From: Neodothiora populina | Taxonomy: Eukaryota | Assembly (NCBI RefSeq): GCF_041146345.1 | Contig: NW_027191405.1 | Span: forward strand, 1,550,001 to 1,614,000 | Direction of reading: 5' to 3' | DNA length: 64,000 nt | Shown: positions 62,104 through 64,000 of the stretch, one piece after another | How the letters are laid out: each line of letters starts with the position of its first letter | How positions within the stretch are numbered: position 1 is the first letter of the stretch | Notes under the pieces: generated by a model | The model's input: only the letters and a program-made list of their open reading frames with translations | Database searches by the model: none | Told to the model about the DNA's origin: nothing | Program-made: the position numbers and the translations under genes

Positions 62104-64000
62104 ATGAGTAAAATGCAGACTCCAGAGCAGAAAAAGGTTGCGTTCGACCAACTATATGCTTTGGATCAGTCGGACGGAGAGGGCGACCCTGGCCTTTCCG
62201 CTTCACTAGAAGCACTGAGTGGCAAGCGATTACACAATTCAGATACAATTCCATCAACCACAACGAGAAAAAACACATCCATAAATCGCTCGGTCTCTAC
62301 TCCATTTCCTCCTGGTGGACAATTACGACATGTGGAAGCAATCACGGTAAACTCGTTATCAGACGAGGCGGACATGGTCAAAGAAACACAGTCACGGCAA
62401 CTCAGGAGAAGTGCAACAATCACTGGAGCCGAGAAGGGCGCACCCGTCACATGCTCTTCATCAGCCATTCCTAGAGCACTGGGTAAACGTAAACGGGATG
62501 CCGAAATCAAACTCGCCCCTGAAGACCACCGTGTTTTCTCCGGGCTACACTTTTGTACATTCGAGGCATCTGACAATATTCATTGCATCACAGCTGACAG
62601 CAAACAATCAGACTTCTTCCCAAATGACGAAATCCACCCCGCTCGTCGTGCAAGAATCATCAAGGCGCTAGAGTATGGCGCGACCTGGCAGAGAGAATGG
62701 AGCCCATCCATCACTCACCTCGTGGTCGACAACAGCATGAAGTGGGACAGTGTCCTCAGCTATCTCTCCACCAGAGGTGGTCTTCCTTCGAAAGAGATCC
62801 CTGTGCGTCGCAATTCAGTCGTGCCATAGAACAGAGAAAAAGCTAACTTCTCCAAGCCAAATGTTGTTGTAGTCAACGAAGACTACCCTTCCGATTGCAT
62901 CACCTATCGTGTCATGGTGCATCCCAAGCAGATCCAGTATCTAGTCAATGGGTATACTCCGCCTGTAACTAAGCCTACAGAGACTGCAGAAACAAGTGCG
63001 CAAGCTGTACCCGTCACAGGGTCGTCACAGGTCTCGGATGAGTCGCTGCAACCCAAGCCCCCTGGAAGCAAAGTCAGGGCCAAGCAGCCACAAACTCCGT
63101 CGAGAACAGAGGAGACGCCCAGTCTACCATCAGCCGCTGCAGCACCATCAAACGAAAACAGTAACGAAGGCAGTAACGGACAGACTGGTGGGGACGAGCT
63201 TGACGCCGCCATTCGTGATGCCAAGGGCATCGATGAATCGGTATGTGTTCCTTCTGAGCATCCATCGTGCTAGAGGGACAGTGCACTTATATCAACTTCA
63301 GGACATGCAAGATCAATCAGAGGAACCAACAGCAACAACAACAGCACCTTGGCAGCAGAACTTCCAGTGCATGCACAAACACACTGGAGGCGCCAACGAC
63401 ACCAACAACACCGGGCCAAACACACGCACCTTACAAATCCTGACCGAGCTATCAGACTACTACACAACCATGCAAGACCCCTGGCGCTCAAAATCCTACC
63501 GCAGCGCCATCGCCACCCTCCGCAAACACCCCACCCGCATAACAACCAAAGCGCAAGCCCTCAGCCTGCCGGGAATCGGCGACTCAATCGCCGAGAAAAT
63601 CGAAGAAATCGTGCAAACCAACCGGCTGCGCAAAGTCGCCTACACGACGCTCGACCCCACGCAAAAGATCCTCCAGACCTTCCTCAAGATCCACGGCGTG
63701 GGCTACCCGACGGCCTCGCGCTGGGTCGCAGCCGGCCACCGCACACTGCACGACGTGATGAAAAACGCCGCATCTCTCGACCTGACGCCCAACCAGCGCA
63801 TCGGAATCGAGCACTACGACGACTTCAACGCGCGCATCCCGCGCTCCGAAGTCGAGCGGCACGCGAACATCGTGCGCAGCGCACTACAAGGCCTGACGTC
63901 GCCATCGGAGACCTACGCAGTCTACACCATGGGCTCGTACCGGCGCGGCGCCGAGTCGTCGGGGGACATCGACCTGCTCATCACGGCGTCGGCGTCGACT
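62104..64000 (+). CDS. POL4: Family X DNA polymerase (pol lambda/Pol4) with BRCT domain; runs off the 3' end of the window
   Basis: BRCT (ITHLVVD...EDYPSDCI), lyase domain (SYRSAIATLR, LPGIGDSIAEKIEEI), IHGVG HhH, RIPRSEV, MGSYRRGAESSGDIDLLIT catalytic motif. Confidence 0.93.

Overview
Gene-dense genomic DNA from a filamentous ascomycete, probably a Dothideomycete (inferred from intron structure and gene content). Most of the window is a housekeeping backbone: MOB2-like, ARF1, GIR2-like RWD protein, THOC3/TEX1, beta-tubulin, a LIM protein, a 2400-aa coiled-coil protein, RPB12, NAR1, RPL1, CKB1, ATP10, GOS1, RPL35, ACL4 and a family X DNA polymerase. Accessory-looking genes are interleaved: a GH3 glycosidase with one in-frame stop, an intronless USP-like protease, and a divergent Zn2Cys6 TF/PhyH dioxygenase pair. 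A ~10 kb block between RPL1 and CKB1 holds a Zn2Cys6 TF, a 55-aa Cys-rich microprotein missed by the ORF track, a YeeE/YedE sulfur transporter, an internally deleted pogo/Fot1-type transposon, a dispersed 5S rRNA gene and an MFS transporter. The strongest leads are (1) the TF + Cys-microprotein + YeeE/YedE module as a candidate fungal sulfur-compound handling system, and (2) a long ATG-free ORF overlapping the CKB1 start codon, possibly GUG-initiated. All calls come from manual reading and motif recognition. No searches were run, and exon boundaries are manual estimates.
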